A DNA stretch of 64,000 bases from an uncultured Legionella sp. (GTDB lineage Bacteria > Pseudomonadota > Gammaproteobacteria > Legionellales > Legionellaceae): positions 14,345-78,344 of the forward strand of contig CAZVEH010000003.1 in assembly GCA_964625775.1 (NCBI GenBank). Direction: 5' to 3'. Made by a program: the position numbers and the translations under genes. The notes beneath the pieces are model-generated. The model saw only the letters and a list, made by a program, of their open reading frames with translations, had not been told where the DNA came from and made no database searches. Positions 48,892-59,350 of the stretch are shown here, in pieces; the first letter of the stretch is position 1, and each line of letters opens with the position of its first letter.

Positions 48892-50484
48892 CTATTGTTT
48901 ACTCAGCACCAGCGTAGATTGTCTCAGAGATTCTTGTGAGACGGGTATTTTAGGTGTAAACAATCGATCGCGATGCAACGGATTGGGTCTGACCTTTTTC
49001 GGGACCATATCAACGGTAGCTGTATTGAGCTGCGTAAGAGTCTGTGCTTTTTGGGAGATGTTTTTGGCTTGAGTTTGTGGCGTTATATTTAAATGATATG
49101 CGTATAAAATGGTTGATAGTAAAAGTTCTTGTGTTAATTTGAGTCTTGTTTCCGGAGATAGTTGATGGAAATAAATAGCCATGGACTCCATATTTTTGGC
49201 ATCAATGCTGGCAATATCTGTGTTCACCAGGGGTTGAAAGATACCTGTGGTAAGTGATGCAGCAGACCGATGAGAGAATCCAAGCGAAACCAATTGTAAT
49301 GCACTTGCTCTGATGCGACCTGCATGACATGATTTATGCGACAAAGCCGCGTCAAACACAGCATCGAATAATAAAGTATGCAGCAACGGTTCAAACTGAG
49401 AAACATTCGCATTTTCTTTGAACCATGCTATGAATTTGGGAAGACCCATTTCTCTGAGCTTTTCTTGACAGTTTGTAAAAAAAACACTTATTGTATGTGT
49501 TTGTTCATCGGTACTGTTGGGTTGTATGCTCAAAGTACTGTGAATTTTTGTCATCAAAGAGCTCATGAAGATATGATGGTTGTGATTGCCCCCGTGATCT
49601 TTTTGGCAATAATATTCTTTAAAACCTGTTTCAGGGTTTTGAAAAAATGACTCTAATTCCAGTGGTGTAGCTTGATAAGATTTCAATATCGATAGAACAG
49701 TATATTCTGGATGCTGCTCTTGCAACGCCACAACGTCGTAAAAAGCACTGGGAGAATGTTTGCAAATCATCACTGTTAGCATAGTCGCGTGAATGTTGAC
49801 TATCATTTTCTTATTGGTTTCAGCAACCAAAACCAAATCAGTGTCTTGGGTTAAATTTTGCAATAGAAAAAATAGCTCTAAGCAATCCATATTGCGAGAT
49901 ATGCCGTCGATCAGGCATTCACTTAAATGAAAATGATCTGTGATCAAATGAATAATGTGCGACATATCTGATTTGTACGGAATGCTGAGCATGGTATTGA
50001 TCCATTTGGCTGCATCTTTGGGTGTGCGGTGCACATGGTTTGAGCTCCAATCCATCATAATAATCATGATCAGACGTAAAAATTCAGAGGCGGGCGAAGT
50101 CTCATTGAAGATGGCCAGGTGATTCATAATATGCAATACGGATTGTTGCAATGGAGATTGGGTATCAGACATTGCCTGTAATTCTTTAAAAAGAGTTTGC
50201 TTGTTTTCATCTTGTAGAAAAGTTCGAATCGTAGCCATCGCATCTCGTGGAATATTAAGTTGATCGGCCAGAGCATGAATGACCATATGAACTGCGTCTG
50301 CTTTTAAATGCAATTGCAATTGTTGGAACTTGCTGATGAGTTTTTGTAAGCCAGCAGGATTGGATTTGGCTACAGAACGCAGGAATCCTAAACTGGCCTC
50401 ATTCAGCTGACCTTCGACGCAAAGCGCAAAATTATCAACCCATTCATTGGATGTTTTGTTGACTACTTTGTTTAGTGGGAGCAC
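48892..50484 (-). CDS. 530-aa all-helical ORFan (effector-like); GTG start with AAGGA SD
   Basis: Long ORF. taaggatatatcaGTG start context. No family recognised. The C-terminal region contains RDRLFTP, which is shared with paralog 2. Confidence 0.6.
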   Translation of the reverse strand: MLPLNKVVNKTSNEWVDNFALCVEGQLNEASLGFLRSVAKSNPAGLQKLISKFQQLQLHLKADAVHMVIHALADQLNIPRDAMATIRTFLQDENKQTLFKELQAMSDTQSPLQQSVLHIMNHLAIFNETSPASEFLRLIMIIMMDWSSNHVHRTPKDAAKWINTMLSIPYKSDMSHIIHLITDHFHLSECLIDGISRNMDCLELFFLLQNLTQDTDLVLVAETNKKMIVNIHATMLTVMICKHSPSAFYDVVALQEQHPEYTVLSILKSYQATPLELESFFQNPETGFKEYYCQKDHGGNHNHHIFMSSLMTKIHSTLSIQPNSTDEQTHTISVFFTNCQEKLREMGLPKFIAWFKENANVSQFEPLLHTLLFDAVFDAALSHKSCHAGRIRASALQLVSLGFSHRSAASLTTGIFQPLVNTDIASIDAKNMESMAIYFHQLSPETRLKLTQELLLSTILYAYHLNITPQTQAKNISQKAQTLTQLNTATVDMVPKKVRPNPLHRDRLFTPKIPVSQESLRQSTLVLSKQ

Positions 50485-50854
50485 TGATATATCCTTATAT
50501 CACCTTTTTGACCGGTAAAAGAAAATTTAGACCAAATTTCGAGATAGTCAAGTTTTTTGAAAGATAAAGCCGGATTAATGCGCAAATACCCTTATAAATT
50601 CAGTTTTAGTATACAAACTAACCCCGAGATCTTCAGCTTTGCTTAAGATGGCGTCGGTAAACAAGATGACTACAAGTAAAACACAACGATGATGTAAAAC
50701 GAGACGGTGCTTATACAAGTTTTGTGTAGGACATAGACTGGCGCGCATATGCCATTCGCAACTCAATACGCATCTATACTCTTTGACAAAGATCTGTCAT
50801 AATTTGGCCTCCTTTTGTTCTGAGTTTACTCAAGATTAGTCATTAAGGACTCCA

Positions 50855-52291
50855 GTGCATACTCATTCTCACCCCAAAACATTACGCATTTTTTTTGCTA
50901 CTGAAATGTGGGAGCGCTATGGCTTCTATGTGGTGCAAACGCTTTTGGCCCTATATCTTGCCTTGCATTTTAAATGGCCAGACAAATCTGTATATGAATT
51001 GGTTGGATCCTTTACAGCGTTAACCTACCTTTCACCTGTGTTAGGTGGTTGGATTGCTGACCACTTAATAGGTCAGAAACGTTCAATTTTATTGGGTGCT
51101 TTGGTCTTATTGGTCAGTTATTTTATGCTTAGTTTGAGCGCTTCTGATCAGACCCTGTGTTTCTGCTTGGCTGGTATTGTGGTGGGTACAGGGTTGCTGA
51201 AACCTAATATTTCTTCTTTGTTAGGAAATGAATACCCAGAAGGTTCGCCCAATCGAGAAAGCGGATTTACTATTTTTTATATGGGATTGACCACGGGCAT
51301 TATTTTTGGCACCACCTTGCCCAGTTATTTAAGTGATCATTTTGGTTGGTCTACAGCATTTCTTTCTGCCGCATTTGGTATGATTGTTGCCGGCATTATT
51401 TTTTTGTATGGTATTTGGTGTTATCGTATTCAAGATTATCACGGTTATATATTTTCTTATCAAAAAATTGCTCTGGCTTTGCTTTTGATGCTTGGTCTTT
51501 GGGCATTGTCTTTTTATATTTTGAATTATCCAGTGTTAGCCGATTTGGTATTTATTTCGGTCGTAGTACTGTCCATATGGTATTTGATGCATTGCGTGAC
51601 CCACGAACCTCCTGCGCAGGCCAAACAAACCATTGTGATTGGGTTGCTTTGTTTGATTTCCGTGATGTTCTGGGCATTTTATTTTCAAATGTTTATGTCA
51701 TTAACGTTATTTATAGTTCGAGTGGTAAGTCCCACCGTGTTTGGTATTTCTTTTCCACCACCCTATTATGTAGGGATTCAAAGTGTGGGCATGATCATCT
51801 TAGGGTTGGTGTTGGCCCGTGGCAAACGTCCTTTTTCTCAAGCCCAGCAGGTCATCCGAACAGGGAATAAATTTTTAACCTCTATGTTTTGTATGACCCT
51901 AGCTTATGGGCTGATCACCATCATTTGTCATTTTAATTTCCCTTACGGATTGTTATCACCCTTGTATCTCATTCCCGCTTATTTGGTGATTTCATTGGCG
52001 GAGTTATTATTGTCACCTGTGGGTTTGTCCGCAGTGACTATACTGGCTAGCCGTAAGAAAGTGAGTACGATGATGGGGATATTTTTTGTATCGCTTGGAA
52101 TCGGCGGGTTTCTATCGGGAAAATTAGCAACACTTACGGCGGTTTCTATCAGCACGACATCGATCAGTGATTTAAAAGTGCACTATGCAAGCTCTTTTGG
52201 GTATTTGCTGTATATTTTAATGGGAGCGACACTGATTTGTATCTTTTTGAATATGGTGATCAAAAAGTTGATGATGCGAGTCAGCGAATAA
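50855..52291 (+). CDS. Proton-dependent oligopeptide transporter (POT/PTR2 family)
   Basis: FFATEMWERYGFYVVQTLLALYL has the POT signature (F..E.WERFSYYG). About 12-14 TM segments. GTG start with AAGGA SD. Confidence 0.85.
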   Translation: MHTHSHPKTLRIFFATEMWERYGFYVVQTLLALYLALHFKWPDKSVYELVGSFTALTYLSPVLGGWIADHLIGQKRSILLGALVLLVSYFMLSLSASDQTLCFCLAGIVVGTGLLKPNISSLLGNEYPEGSPNRESGFTIFYMGLTTGIIFGTTLPSYLSDHFGWSTAFLSAAFGMIVAGIIFLYGIWCYRIQDYHGYIFSYQKIALALLLMLGLWALSFYILNYPVLADLVFISVVVLSIWYLMHCVTHEPPAQAKQTIVIGLLCLISVMFWAFYFQMFMSLTLFIVRVVSPTVFGISFPPPYYVGIQSVGMIILGLVLARGKRPFSQAQQVIRTGNKFLTSMFCMTLAYGLITIICHFNFPYGLLSPLYLIPAYLVISLAELLLSPVGLSAVTILASRKKVSTMMGIFFVSLGIGGFLSGKLATLTAVSISTTSISDLKVHYASSFGYLLYILMGATLICIFLNMVIKKLMMRVSE

Positions 52292-52356
52292 TGTGGGATT
52301 GCTCCATGACCTTATGAGTATTACAATGCAGTATTCTATATATAGTATGAATCCCG

Positions 52357-53748
52357 ATGATTGATCTCCAAGCTCGAAAGAAAACCTCTGATCCATTGAA
52401 ACGTCCTCCTCATTCTATCGAAGCTGAGCAAGCCATCCTGGGTGGTTTGATGCTGGAAAATCAGGCTTGGGATAAAATCAGTCTTACCTTATGCGAAGCA
52501 GATTTTTACCGTAGCGAGCATAGAGTTCTATTTCGTGCCATGGTGAGCTTGGCCCATAAAAATCAACCTTTCGATTTAGTGACTTTGGTCGATCATCTGA
52601 AAGCGATGCATGATTTGGAGGATGCGGGAGGAGAAACTTACTTATTTGAATTAGCCTCCAACACACCTAGTATTGCGAATGTGTCGGCATATGCTGACAT
52701 CGTCCGAGAAAAATCAGTCCAACGCCAATTGATCAGCGTTGCAACAGACATCGCTGATGCTGCTTACAATCCAGGTGCGCGTGAAGTATCTGAATTGTTG
52801 GATTATGCTGAAAGTCGGGTATTTGCGATTGCAGAGCAAACGGCCAGTGATGGAGGTCCGGAAGTAATCAAGTCAGTTTTAGAACGCGCAGTGGATCGGA
52901 TTGATGCGCTTTATCATAGCGGGGACTCGATCACAGGATTGGCAACTGGTTTGACCGACCTGGATGAATTAACCTCTGGTTTGCAGCGCTCTGATTTGGT
53001 GATTGTGGCCGGTCGTCCTTCTATGGGGAAAACCACTCTAGTCATGAATATGGCAGAGCATGCTGCTATCAAGGGCACTCAACCTGTGCTGGTATTCTCT
53101 ATGGAAATGCCATCCGATTCTTTGGCAATGCGTATGATGTCTTCGTTAGGAAGGATTGATCAGCATCGTATTCGTACCGGAAAATTGGATGATGATGATT
53201 GGCCTCGTGTGACATCAGCTGTCCATATGTTGTCTGAGTCGTCCTTGTTTATTGATGATACAGCGGCATTAAGTCCAGCAGAAATGAGAGCGAGAGCACG
53301 AAGAGTCATGAAAGAACATGGCCAATTGGCTTTGATTGTGGTGGATTATTTACAATTGATGAAAGTGCCGGGCTTTAAAGCCGACAATCGAACGGCGGAA
53401 ATCTCAGAAATTTCACGAAGCTTAAAATCCTTAGCCAAGGAATTAAATGTCCCGGTAGTGGCGCTGTCGCAGTTGAACCGGAGTTTGGAACAGCGTCAAG
53501 ATAAACGGCCGTTGATGTCCGATTTGCGTGAGTCAGGGGCAATCGAGCAAGATGCGGACGTGATTTGTTTTATTTACCGAGATGAAGTGTACAATGAAGA
53601 TAGTCCTGATAAAGGATGTGCGGAAATTATCATTGCAAAACAACGTAATGGACCAATTGGAAAAGTGCGCGTTGCTTTTTTAGGAAAATATACGCGTTTC
53701 GAAGATTTGGCGTTTACCGGATATCAAGGAGCCAATGCCAGTGACTAG
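52357..53748 (+). CDS. dnaB: Replicative DNA helicase
   Basis: PPHSIEAEQAILGGLML, GRPSMGKTT (Walker A), IVVDYLQLM, SQLNRSLEQR, IIAKQRNGP. Confidence 0.96.
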   Translation: MIDLQARKKTSDPLKRPPHSIEAEQAILGGLMLENQAWDKISLTLCEADFYRSEHRVLFRAMVSLAHKNQPFDLVTLVDHLKAMHDLEDAGGETYLFELASNTPSIANVSAYADIVREKSVQRQLISVATDIADAAYNPGAREVSELLDYAESRVFAIAEQTASDGGPEVIKSVLERAVDRIDALYHSGDSITGLATGLTDLDELTSGLQRSDLVIVAGRPSMGKTTLVMNMAEHAAIKGTQPVLVFSMEMPSDSLAMRMMSSLGRIDQHRIRTGKLDDDDWPRVTSAVHMLSESSLFIDDTAALSPAEMRARARRVMKEHGQLALIVVDYLQLMKVPGFKADNRTAEISEISRSLKSLAKELNVPVVALSQLNRSLEQRQDKRPLMSDLRESGAIEQDADVICFIYRDEVYNEDSPDKGCAEIIIAKQRNGPIGKVRVAFLGKYTRFEDLAFTGYQGANASD

Positions 53749-54835
53749 GCCTTCTTTCTTAGCCATTGATACAGATGCGTTGAAACATAATGTTACTCGC
53801 ATCAAACAGTACGCACCAAAACAGCGAATTATTGCTATGGTCAAGGCCAATGCCTATGGCTGTGGACTGCATAGGGTAGCACCGATTTTAGAGCCGTTGG
53901 TCGATAGCTTTGGCGTGGCTTGTCTCGAAGAAGCTGCTGCATTACGCCAAATATGTCCTGAAAAAGAATGCGTTTTACTTCAGGGTATTTTTACACAAGA
54001 CGAATTATCTAGAGTGATTGATTTAAACGCGACCTCTGTTATTCATAATCCTCAACAACTGTCGTGGTTCACCACCGTACCTCAGCCTTCAAAACTAAGG
54101 GTTTGGGTGAAAGTAGACACAGGGATGCATCGATTGGGCTTTGCGCCGCAGGAGCTTTCTGGCGTGATCCAAACGTTAAGATTATGCCCCTGGATCGATG
54201 AAAAAATCGGGTTGATGACACATTTGGCATGTGCCGATACTCCGGACGCCATACAGTGTGTGCAGCAAGTGCAATTTTGGCAAAGCCTGTCTACCGACTA
54301 TGCCGACATGGTGCAATCGGTGGCCAATTCAGCCGCGATTATTGCTTTATCGCAAACCCATGCCGAGGTCATCCGTCCTGGGTTGATCATGTATGGGGTG
54401 TCTCCTTTTGAAGAGCGGTTGGCAGCCGAGTTTGATTTGCAACCGGTTATGCATTTCATGTCCTCAGTCACCACCATTCATCAGTATGAAAAGGGGGAAG
54501 CGATTGGATATGGTGCGACATGGCAATGCGAAAGATCTTCAGTCATTGGAGTCATTCCTGTAGGATATGGTGATGGGTATCCGCGCCATATCCACCCGCA
54601 TACCTGTGTGTGGATTGGTGGGCACCGTGTGCCTATTGTGGGAAGAGTTTCCATGGATATGATGACGGTTGACTTGACCGATTATCCTGAGATTAAGATC
54701 GGTGATCAAGTTGAATTGTGGGGAAGGAATATTCCAGTTGAAATAGTTGCGAAACAATCGAATACTATTGCGTATGAACTGATGACTCAAGTCTCTCAAC
54801 GTGTGATGAGACAACTTTATTCAGAAACGAGGTGA
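53735..54835 (+). CDS. alr: Alanine racemase
   Basis: AMVKANAYGCG (PLP-Lys), VGYGDGYPR, GRVSMDM. The dnaB-alr linkage is common. Confidence 0.93.
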   Translation: MPVTRPSFLAIDTDALKHNVTRIKQYAPKQRIIAMVKANAYGCGLHRVAPILEPLVDSFGVACLEEAAALRQICPEKECVLLQGIFTQDELSRVIDLNATSVIHNPQQLSWFTTVPQPSKLRVWVKVDTGMHRLGFAPQELSGVIQTLRLCPWIDEKIGLMTHLACADTPDAIQCVQQVQFWQSLSTDYADMVQSVANSAAIIALSQTHAEVIRPGLIMYGVSPFEERLAAEFDLQPVMHFMSSVTTIHQYEKGEAIGYGATWQCERSSVIGVIPVGYGDGYPRHIHPHTCVWIGGHRVPIVGRVSMDMMTVDLTDYPEIKIGDQVELWGRNIPVEIVAKQSNTIAYELMTQVSQRVMRQLYSETR

Positions 54836-54837
54836 AT

Positions 54838-55287
54838 ATGATGAAAAAAACTGTAATCCTTTTATCTTTGTCTGTTGTTTTGACAGCTTGTGGCCCAGTG
54901 AACAATGAAGGAGTAGGCACGATCGCAGGTGGTGTTGTGGGTGGCTTACTGGGCAGTCAGTTCGGTGGCGGCGCAGGTCAGGTGGCAGCAGCAGCAGGTG
55001 GCGCTTTATTAGGTGCATATCTTGGGGGTCGAGTTGGAAAATATATGGATAAACAAGACCGGCTCGAAATGCAACATGCGCTAGAAAGTGCGCCTGTGGG
55101 GCAATCTGTGGCATGGAAAAATCCAGATAATGGCAATCAATATCGTGTGAAACCAACACGTACTTACTACAAACAACAACAGCCTTGCAGAGAATACACC
55201 ACTGAAGCCATTATTGGCGGTAAAAAAGAGACCATTTATGGCAAAGCTTGCCGACAAGCCGATGGATCATGGAAAGTTGCTGGGTAA
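54838..55287 (+). CDS. Outer-membrane lipoprotein, 17-kDa surface-antigen / glycine-zipper type
   Basis: MMKKTVILLSLSVVLTAC has a lipobox. Glycine zipper GGVVGGLLGSQFGGGAG. C-terminal PCREYT...GKACRQADGSWKV as in RT0821/Lpp0805-like surface proteins. Confidence 0.8.
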   Translation: MMKKTVILLSLSVVLTACGPVNNEGVGTIAGGVVGGLLGSQFGGGAGQVAAAAGGALLGAYLGGRVGKYMDKQDRLEMQHALESAPVGQSVAWKNPDNGNQYRVKPTRTYYKQQQPCREYTTEAIIGGKKETIYGKACRQADGSWKVAG

Positions 55288-55298
55288 TAAGAGTTTCG

Positions 55299-55380
55299 GT
55301 CATTTCGACGTAGGCGGGAATCTATTCATTGATTAGGCAAGATGTACCATTCATGAATGGATTCCTCGTGCGCAGTTGAT
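55299..55380. repeat. Degenerate nested-palindrome repeat
   Basis: gtcatttcgacgtaggcgggaatctattcat ... atgaatggattcctcgtgcgcagttgat. Same architecture and core (ggcgggaatctatt) as 5605-5693. Confidence 0.45.
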
Positions 55381-55499
55381 ATAGCACGTATAAAAGTTTT
55401 TTTGAAAATCGAGATGCCAGACTCTTGTGGAACATAAAGGAATCATCTAGGCTCAGAGTGTGATTTTGAGTCAATATAAATTAATGGAATGGTGAGTAG

Positions 55500-56252
55500 A
55501 TGAAAATATTGGTCACCGTAAAAAGAGTTATTGATCCCTACGTTCGTATTCGAGTCAATGCGGATCAATCGGGTGTAGAGACGCAAAATATCAAAATGTC
55601 GATGAATCCCTTCGATGAGATTGCGTTGGAAGAGGCGTTGCGTTTGCGCGAAAAGCAATTGGTTGAAGAAGTTGTTGTTTTGACCATTGGGTCGCAAGAA
55701 AGCCAAGAAACCTTGCGCCACGGTTTGGCATTAGGCGCTGATCGCGCGATTTTAGTGTCTACAAACACCTCATACTGCAGTTTGAATAGGGCTAAAATCA
55801 TTCAAAAGGTGGTCATGACTGAAACGCCCGATTTGATTTTTATGGGCAAACAAGCCATTGATGATGACAACAATCAAACGCCACAAATGTTGGCTGGTTT
55901 GTTGAATTGGCCACAAATCACCTTTGCCTCAAAACTAGAATTGATGGGTAAAGAACTGTCGGTCACACGAGAAATCGATCAAGGGTTGGAAGTTCTGCAA
56001 ACTGTTTTACCCGCCGTGGTCAGTGTGGATTTGCGTTTGAATGAACCTCGATATGCCAGTTTACCTAATATTATGAAAGCCAAACAAAAACCGTTACAAA
56101 CTATAGAGTTGAATAGTTTGAATCTAGATTTGAAAGATCATCTTAAAAGAGTGCATGTCAAAAGTCCGACCATAAGACCCGGAGGGATTAAGGTGGATAG
56201 CGTGGCAGTCCTGTTGGATAAATTACAGCATGAAGCGAAGGTGTTATCATGA
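55500..56252 (+). CDS. etfB: Electron transfer flavoprotein subunit beta
   Basis: MKILVTVKRVIDPYVRIRV ... MNPFDEIALEEALRL. 250 aa. Confidence 0.93.
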   Translation: MKILVTVKRVIDPYVRIRVNADQSGVETQNIKMSMNPFDEIALEEALRLREKQLVEEVVVLTIGSQESQETLRHGLALGADRAILVSTNTSYCSLNRAKIIQKVVMTETPDLIFMGKQAIDDDNNQTPQMLAGLLNWPQITFASKLELMGKELSVTREIDQGLEVLQTVLPAVVSVDLRLNEPRYASLPNIMKAKQKPLQTIELNSLNLDLKDHLKRVHVKSPTIRPGGIKVDSVAVLLDKLQHEAKVLS

Positions 56253-57202
56253 GCCTTTTTATAGTTGCCGAGCATGATGAGCAGCGTTTGGATGCTAGTT
56301 TTGCTCATGTATTACATGCAGCCTTACAACTTGATAAACATCCCATTGTGATTGTGATCGGCCACCAATGTGCCAGTGTGGCTGAAGAAGTCGCTACAAT
56401 AGCAGGTGTGGCATCCGTATATCTGATTGATGAGCCATCATTTGAGCATCTATTGGCAGAGCAGGTTGCTCCTGCAATCGCTGAGTTGGTCAAAGCGGGG
56501 ACTTATCTATTGATGGCTTCTACCACTTTTGGTAAGAATATTTTACCAAGGATTGCTGCGCTATTAGATGTAGCCCAAGTGTCGGATGTGACGGCTATTA
56601 TTGATGCAGATACGTTCGAGCATCCTATTTATGCAGGCAATGCGATAGAAACAATCCAAACATTAGATTCTAATCGACTCCTCAGTGTTCGGACGACCGC
56701 ATTTTCGCCTGTTTCAGATAAGCAACCAGCGTGCTCCATTCAAAAGCACTCTATGACTGTGACAATCAACAACACGCGTTTTGTACGTCGTGAGCAAAGC
56801 CCTTCACTGCGACCCAGTTTATCCAATGCCAAAATTATTGTTTCAGGTGGCAGAGGGTTGCAATCCACAGAGCAATTTAAAATAGTCGAAAGCTTGGCTG
56901 ATGCTTTAGGGGCTGCTCTAGGGGCGTCGCGAGCAGCAGTAGATGCGGGCTTTATCTCTAATGATCACCAAGTGGGTCAAACAGGTAAAATTGTTGCGCC
57001 CAATTTATATATCGCGGTCGGCATTTCGGGCGCCATTCAGCATCTTGCGGGTATCAAAGATGCTCAAGTGATTGTTGCTATAAATAAAGATGAAAACGCT
57101 CCTATTTTTCAGATTGCCAATTATGGATTGGTTGGCGATTTGTTTGAATTGGTACCACAATTGATTTTGGAACTCAAACAACGGGGATTGTCTAAATGCT
57201 GA
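56249..57202 (+). CDS. etfA: Electron transfer flavoprotein subunit alpha
   Basis: IVSGGRGL, GASRAAVDAGF..ND.QVGQTGK.VAP.LYIAVGISGAIQHLAG. ATGA overlap with etfB. Confidence 0.93.
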   Translation: MSLFIVAEHDEQRLDASFAHVLHAALQLDKHPIVIVIGHQCASVAEEVATIAGVASVYLIDEPSFEHLLAEQVAPAIAELVKAGTYLLMASTTFGKNILPRIAALLDVAQVSDVTAIIDADTFEHPIYAGNAIETIQTLDSNRLLSVRTTAFSPVSDKQPACSIQKHSMTVTINNTRFVRREQSPSLRPSLSNAKIIVSGGRGLQSTEQFKIVESLADALGAALGASRAAVDAGFISNDHQVGQTGKIVAPNLYIAVGISGAIQHLAGIKDAQVIVAINKDENAPIFQIANYGLVGDLFELVPQLILELKQRGLSKC

Positions 57203-58317
57203 TAGGTGTACCTAAAGAAATAAAACCACAGGAATATCGTGTTGGTCTGGTGCCAGCAGGAGTAAGAGAGTTGGTTCGTGTTGGTGGAACAGTATTGATT
57301 CAACAAGGTGCGGGAAGCGCCATTCAAATATCAGACGAAGAGTATCGATCGGCTGGTGCTGAAATTGTGATGTCGGCGGAAGAGATTTTTGCGCGCTCGG
57401 ATTTGGTGGTGAAAGTCAAAGAACCACAGCCAGAAGAATGCCGAATGTTACGCAAAGGACAAACGTTATTTACTTTTTTACATCTAGCGCCTGATTTACA
57501 GCAAATACGATTATTACAAGCGTCAGGTGTCACCGCCATTGCTTATGAAACGGTAACATGCGAGGGCGGGGGATTGCCTTTGTTGACGCCGATGTCCGAA
57601 GTGGCTGGAAGACTGGCCATCCAAGCTGGAGCACATTGTCTTGAAATCGCTCAAGGTGGAAATGGGACCTTATTAGGCGGTGTACCGGGTGTTGCACCTG
57701 CACATGTTGTGGTCATTGGGGGTGGTGTAGTGGGTACGCAAGCCATTCAAATTGCGATAGGGATGGGCGCACGTGTGACGGTGTTGGATCGATCCTTAGC
57801 TCGTTTGCGGTTTTTGGACAGTCAATTTCATACTCAGTTGACCACAGTTTATGCCACGCATGATGCCATTAGTAGGGAAGTTGCCGACGCAGATTTATTG
57901 ATAGGGGCGGTTTTGATTCCTGGAGCAACCGCCCCTAAATTGGTGAGTGAATCTATGATCAAATCAATGAGACCTGGTAGCGTGGTTGTGGATGTGGCGA
58001 TTGATCAAGGAGGATGCTTTGCCACAAGTCATCCAACTACCCACCATGAGCCTACTTTTTTAATCGATAACATTGTGCATTATTGTGTGGCCAATATGCC
58101 TGGTTCTGTCCCTATGACGTCTACGTATGCTTTGACCAATGCGACCTTGCCTTTTGTGATCAGCATGGTATCGCAAGGCGTAAAAGGTGCTCTACTGGCT
58201 GATCCACACCTGTTGAATGGACTGTCTGTACATGCAGGACATTTGACTTACGCAGCGGTCGCTGAGGCAGCGAATGACGTCTATGTGCCTGCACGAGATG
58301 CATTGAATGCCAAGTGA
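57196..58317 (+). CDS. ald: Alanine dehydrogenase
   Basis: MLIGVPKEIKPQEYRVGLVPAGV, VIGGGVVG (Rossmann), DVAIDQGG. 373 aa. Confidence 0.9.
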   Translation: MLIGVPKEIKPQEYRVGLVPAGVRELVRVGGTVLIQQGAGSAIQISDEEYRSAGAEIVMSAEEIFARSDLVVKVKEPQPEECRMLRKGQTLFTFLHLAPDLQQIRLLQASGVTAIAYETVTCEGGGLPLLTPMSEVAGRLAIQAGAHCLEIAQGGNGTLLGGVPGVAPAHVVVIGGGVVGTQAIQIAIGMGARVTVLDRSLARLRFLDSQFHTQLTTVYATHDAISREVADADLLIGAVLIPGATAPKLVSESMIKSMRPGSVVVDVAIDQGGCFATSHPTTHHEPTFLIDNIVHYCVANMPGSVPMTSTYALTNATLPFVISMVSQGVKGALLADPHLLNGLSVHAGHLTYAAVAEAANDVYVPARDALNAK

Positions 58318-58972
58318 TAAATCAGACTATAGGTCCCAGGTGGCGATTGCAGCACTGGACTATTTAGAGGATCAGCAGATCATTGGTGTGGGCACAGGTC
58401 GAACTGCCAACTGTTTTATTGATGAACTGGCCAAACACAAACATCGGATTGATGCCTGCGTTGCAAGCTCGATAGAAACAGAAAGACGTTTAAAGGCGCA
58501 TGGTTTGGTTGTTTTAGACTTGCCTGTGGTCGATAGGGTAGATGTTTATTTTGATGGTGCTGATGAAGTGAATCCACAACATCAAATGATCAAAGGGGGT
58601 GGCGGCGCTTTAACCCGAGAAAAAATTTTGGCCACTGCCGCACAAAAATTTGTGTGTATGATCGAGTCGCACAAATGGGTAGAGCAGTTGGGACAATTTC
58701 CAATTGCCATCGAAGTCTTGCCAATGGCAAGAAGTTTGGCGGCTCGGGCTTTGGTGGATTTGGGTGGTGATCCGATATACCGGCAAGGGTTTGTGACAGA
58801 TAATGGCAATATTATCTTAGATGTGTATCATATGGAGTCAGCTCGTTTTTCAGTGCTAGAGTTTGAAATCAAGCATATTCCCGGTGTGGTAGAGACTGGA
58901 TTATTCATGCATCGAAAAGCTGATATGATTATCAGTGCGGGTCCTTCAGGGATTGAAACACGCGTTTTGTAG
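58307..58972 (+). CDS. rpiA: Ribose-5-phosphate isomerase A
   Basis: IIGVGTGRTA, YFDGADEV, MIKGGGGALTREKI, GVVETGLF. Confidence 0.9.
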   Translation: MPSDKSDYRSQVAIAALDYLEDQQIIGVGTGRTANCFIDELAKHKHRIDACVASSIETERRLKAHGLVVLDLPVVDRVDVYFDGADEVNPQHQMIKGGGGALTREKILATAAQKFVCMIESHKWVEQLGQFPIAIEVLPMARSLAARALVDLGGDPIYRQGFVTDNGNIILDVYHMESARFSVLEFEIKHIPGVVETGLFMHRKADMIISAGPSGIETRVL

Positions 58973-58975
58973 CTT

Positions 58976-59005
58976 CGACGTCTCAATATTACCTATGAGA
59001 CGTCG
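58976..59005. terminator. Hairpin between the convergent genes rpiA and the 110-aa secreted-protein gene
   Basis: cgacgtctc-aatattacctat-gagacgtcg has a 9-bp perfect stem. It lies 4 nt after the rpiA stop and 13 nt after the opposing stop. Confidence 0.45.
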
Positions 59006-59017
59006 GCGGATCGGATC

Positions 59018-59350
59018 TTAGTGATTGCTTTTTTTATATTTAGATTTCATACGCTTTTTGCAAAAAAGGTCTTCTGTACCCTTTTCGATAGTGATAAAGC
59101 CTTTCTTTGTGGTCTGTCTAACACCTTTTCCAACACGTTTGGCTGCTTTTTCAGTGCCGTCAACTACGTTTCCGACAGCTCTTCCCGTACCTTTGATGAT
59201 GTTATCGGCAGCATTTACTGTTCCTTGCACAACATCTTCAGCACCTTGTGTGACTTGATTTGCTGTTGATTGCGCTGCAAAAGTTTGAGTGTGTACGCAG
59301 AGACAAGCGGCACTCAAGAAAAACGCAGACAAAGTCATAAATTGTTTCAT
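59018..59350 (-). CDS. Small secreted protein with degenerate G-T/V-x-x-A-x-x-N repeats and a basic tail
   Basis: MKQFMTLSAFFLSAACLCVHTQTFA|AQ is a signal peptide. Repeats: VVQGTVNAADNIIKGTGRAVGNVVDGTEKAAKRVGKG. GGAG SD. Confidence 0.55.
   Translation of the reverse strand: MKQFMTLSAFFLSAACLCVHTQTFAAQSTANQVTQGAEDVVQGTVNAADNIIKGTGRAVGNVVDGTEKAAKRVGKGVRQTTKKGFITIEKGTEDLFCKKRMKSKYKKSNH

Noticed and set aside
50774..50800. AAGGAGG plus an ATG opening only an 8-codon ORF (MTDLCQRV-stop) on the minus strand, and the adjacent 63-aa ORF 50575-50766
   Set aside because: It is too short, and the downstream frames are broken by stops with no recognisable homology. It may be the decayed 5' end of a lost gene divergent from the POT transporter, but I cannot support a call.
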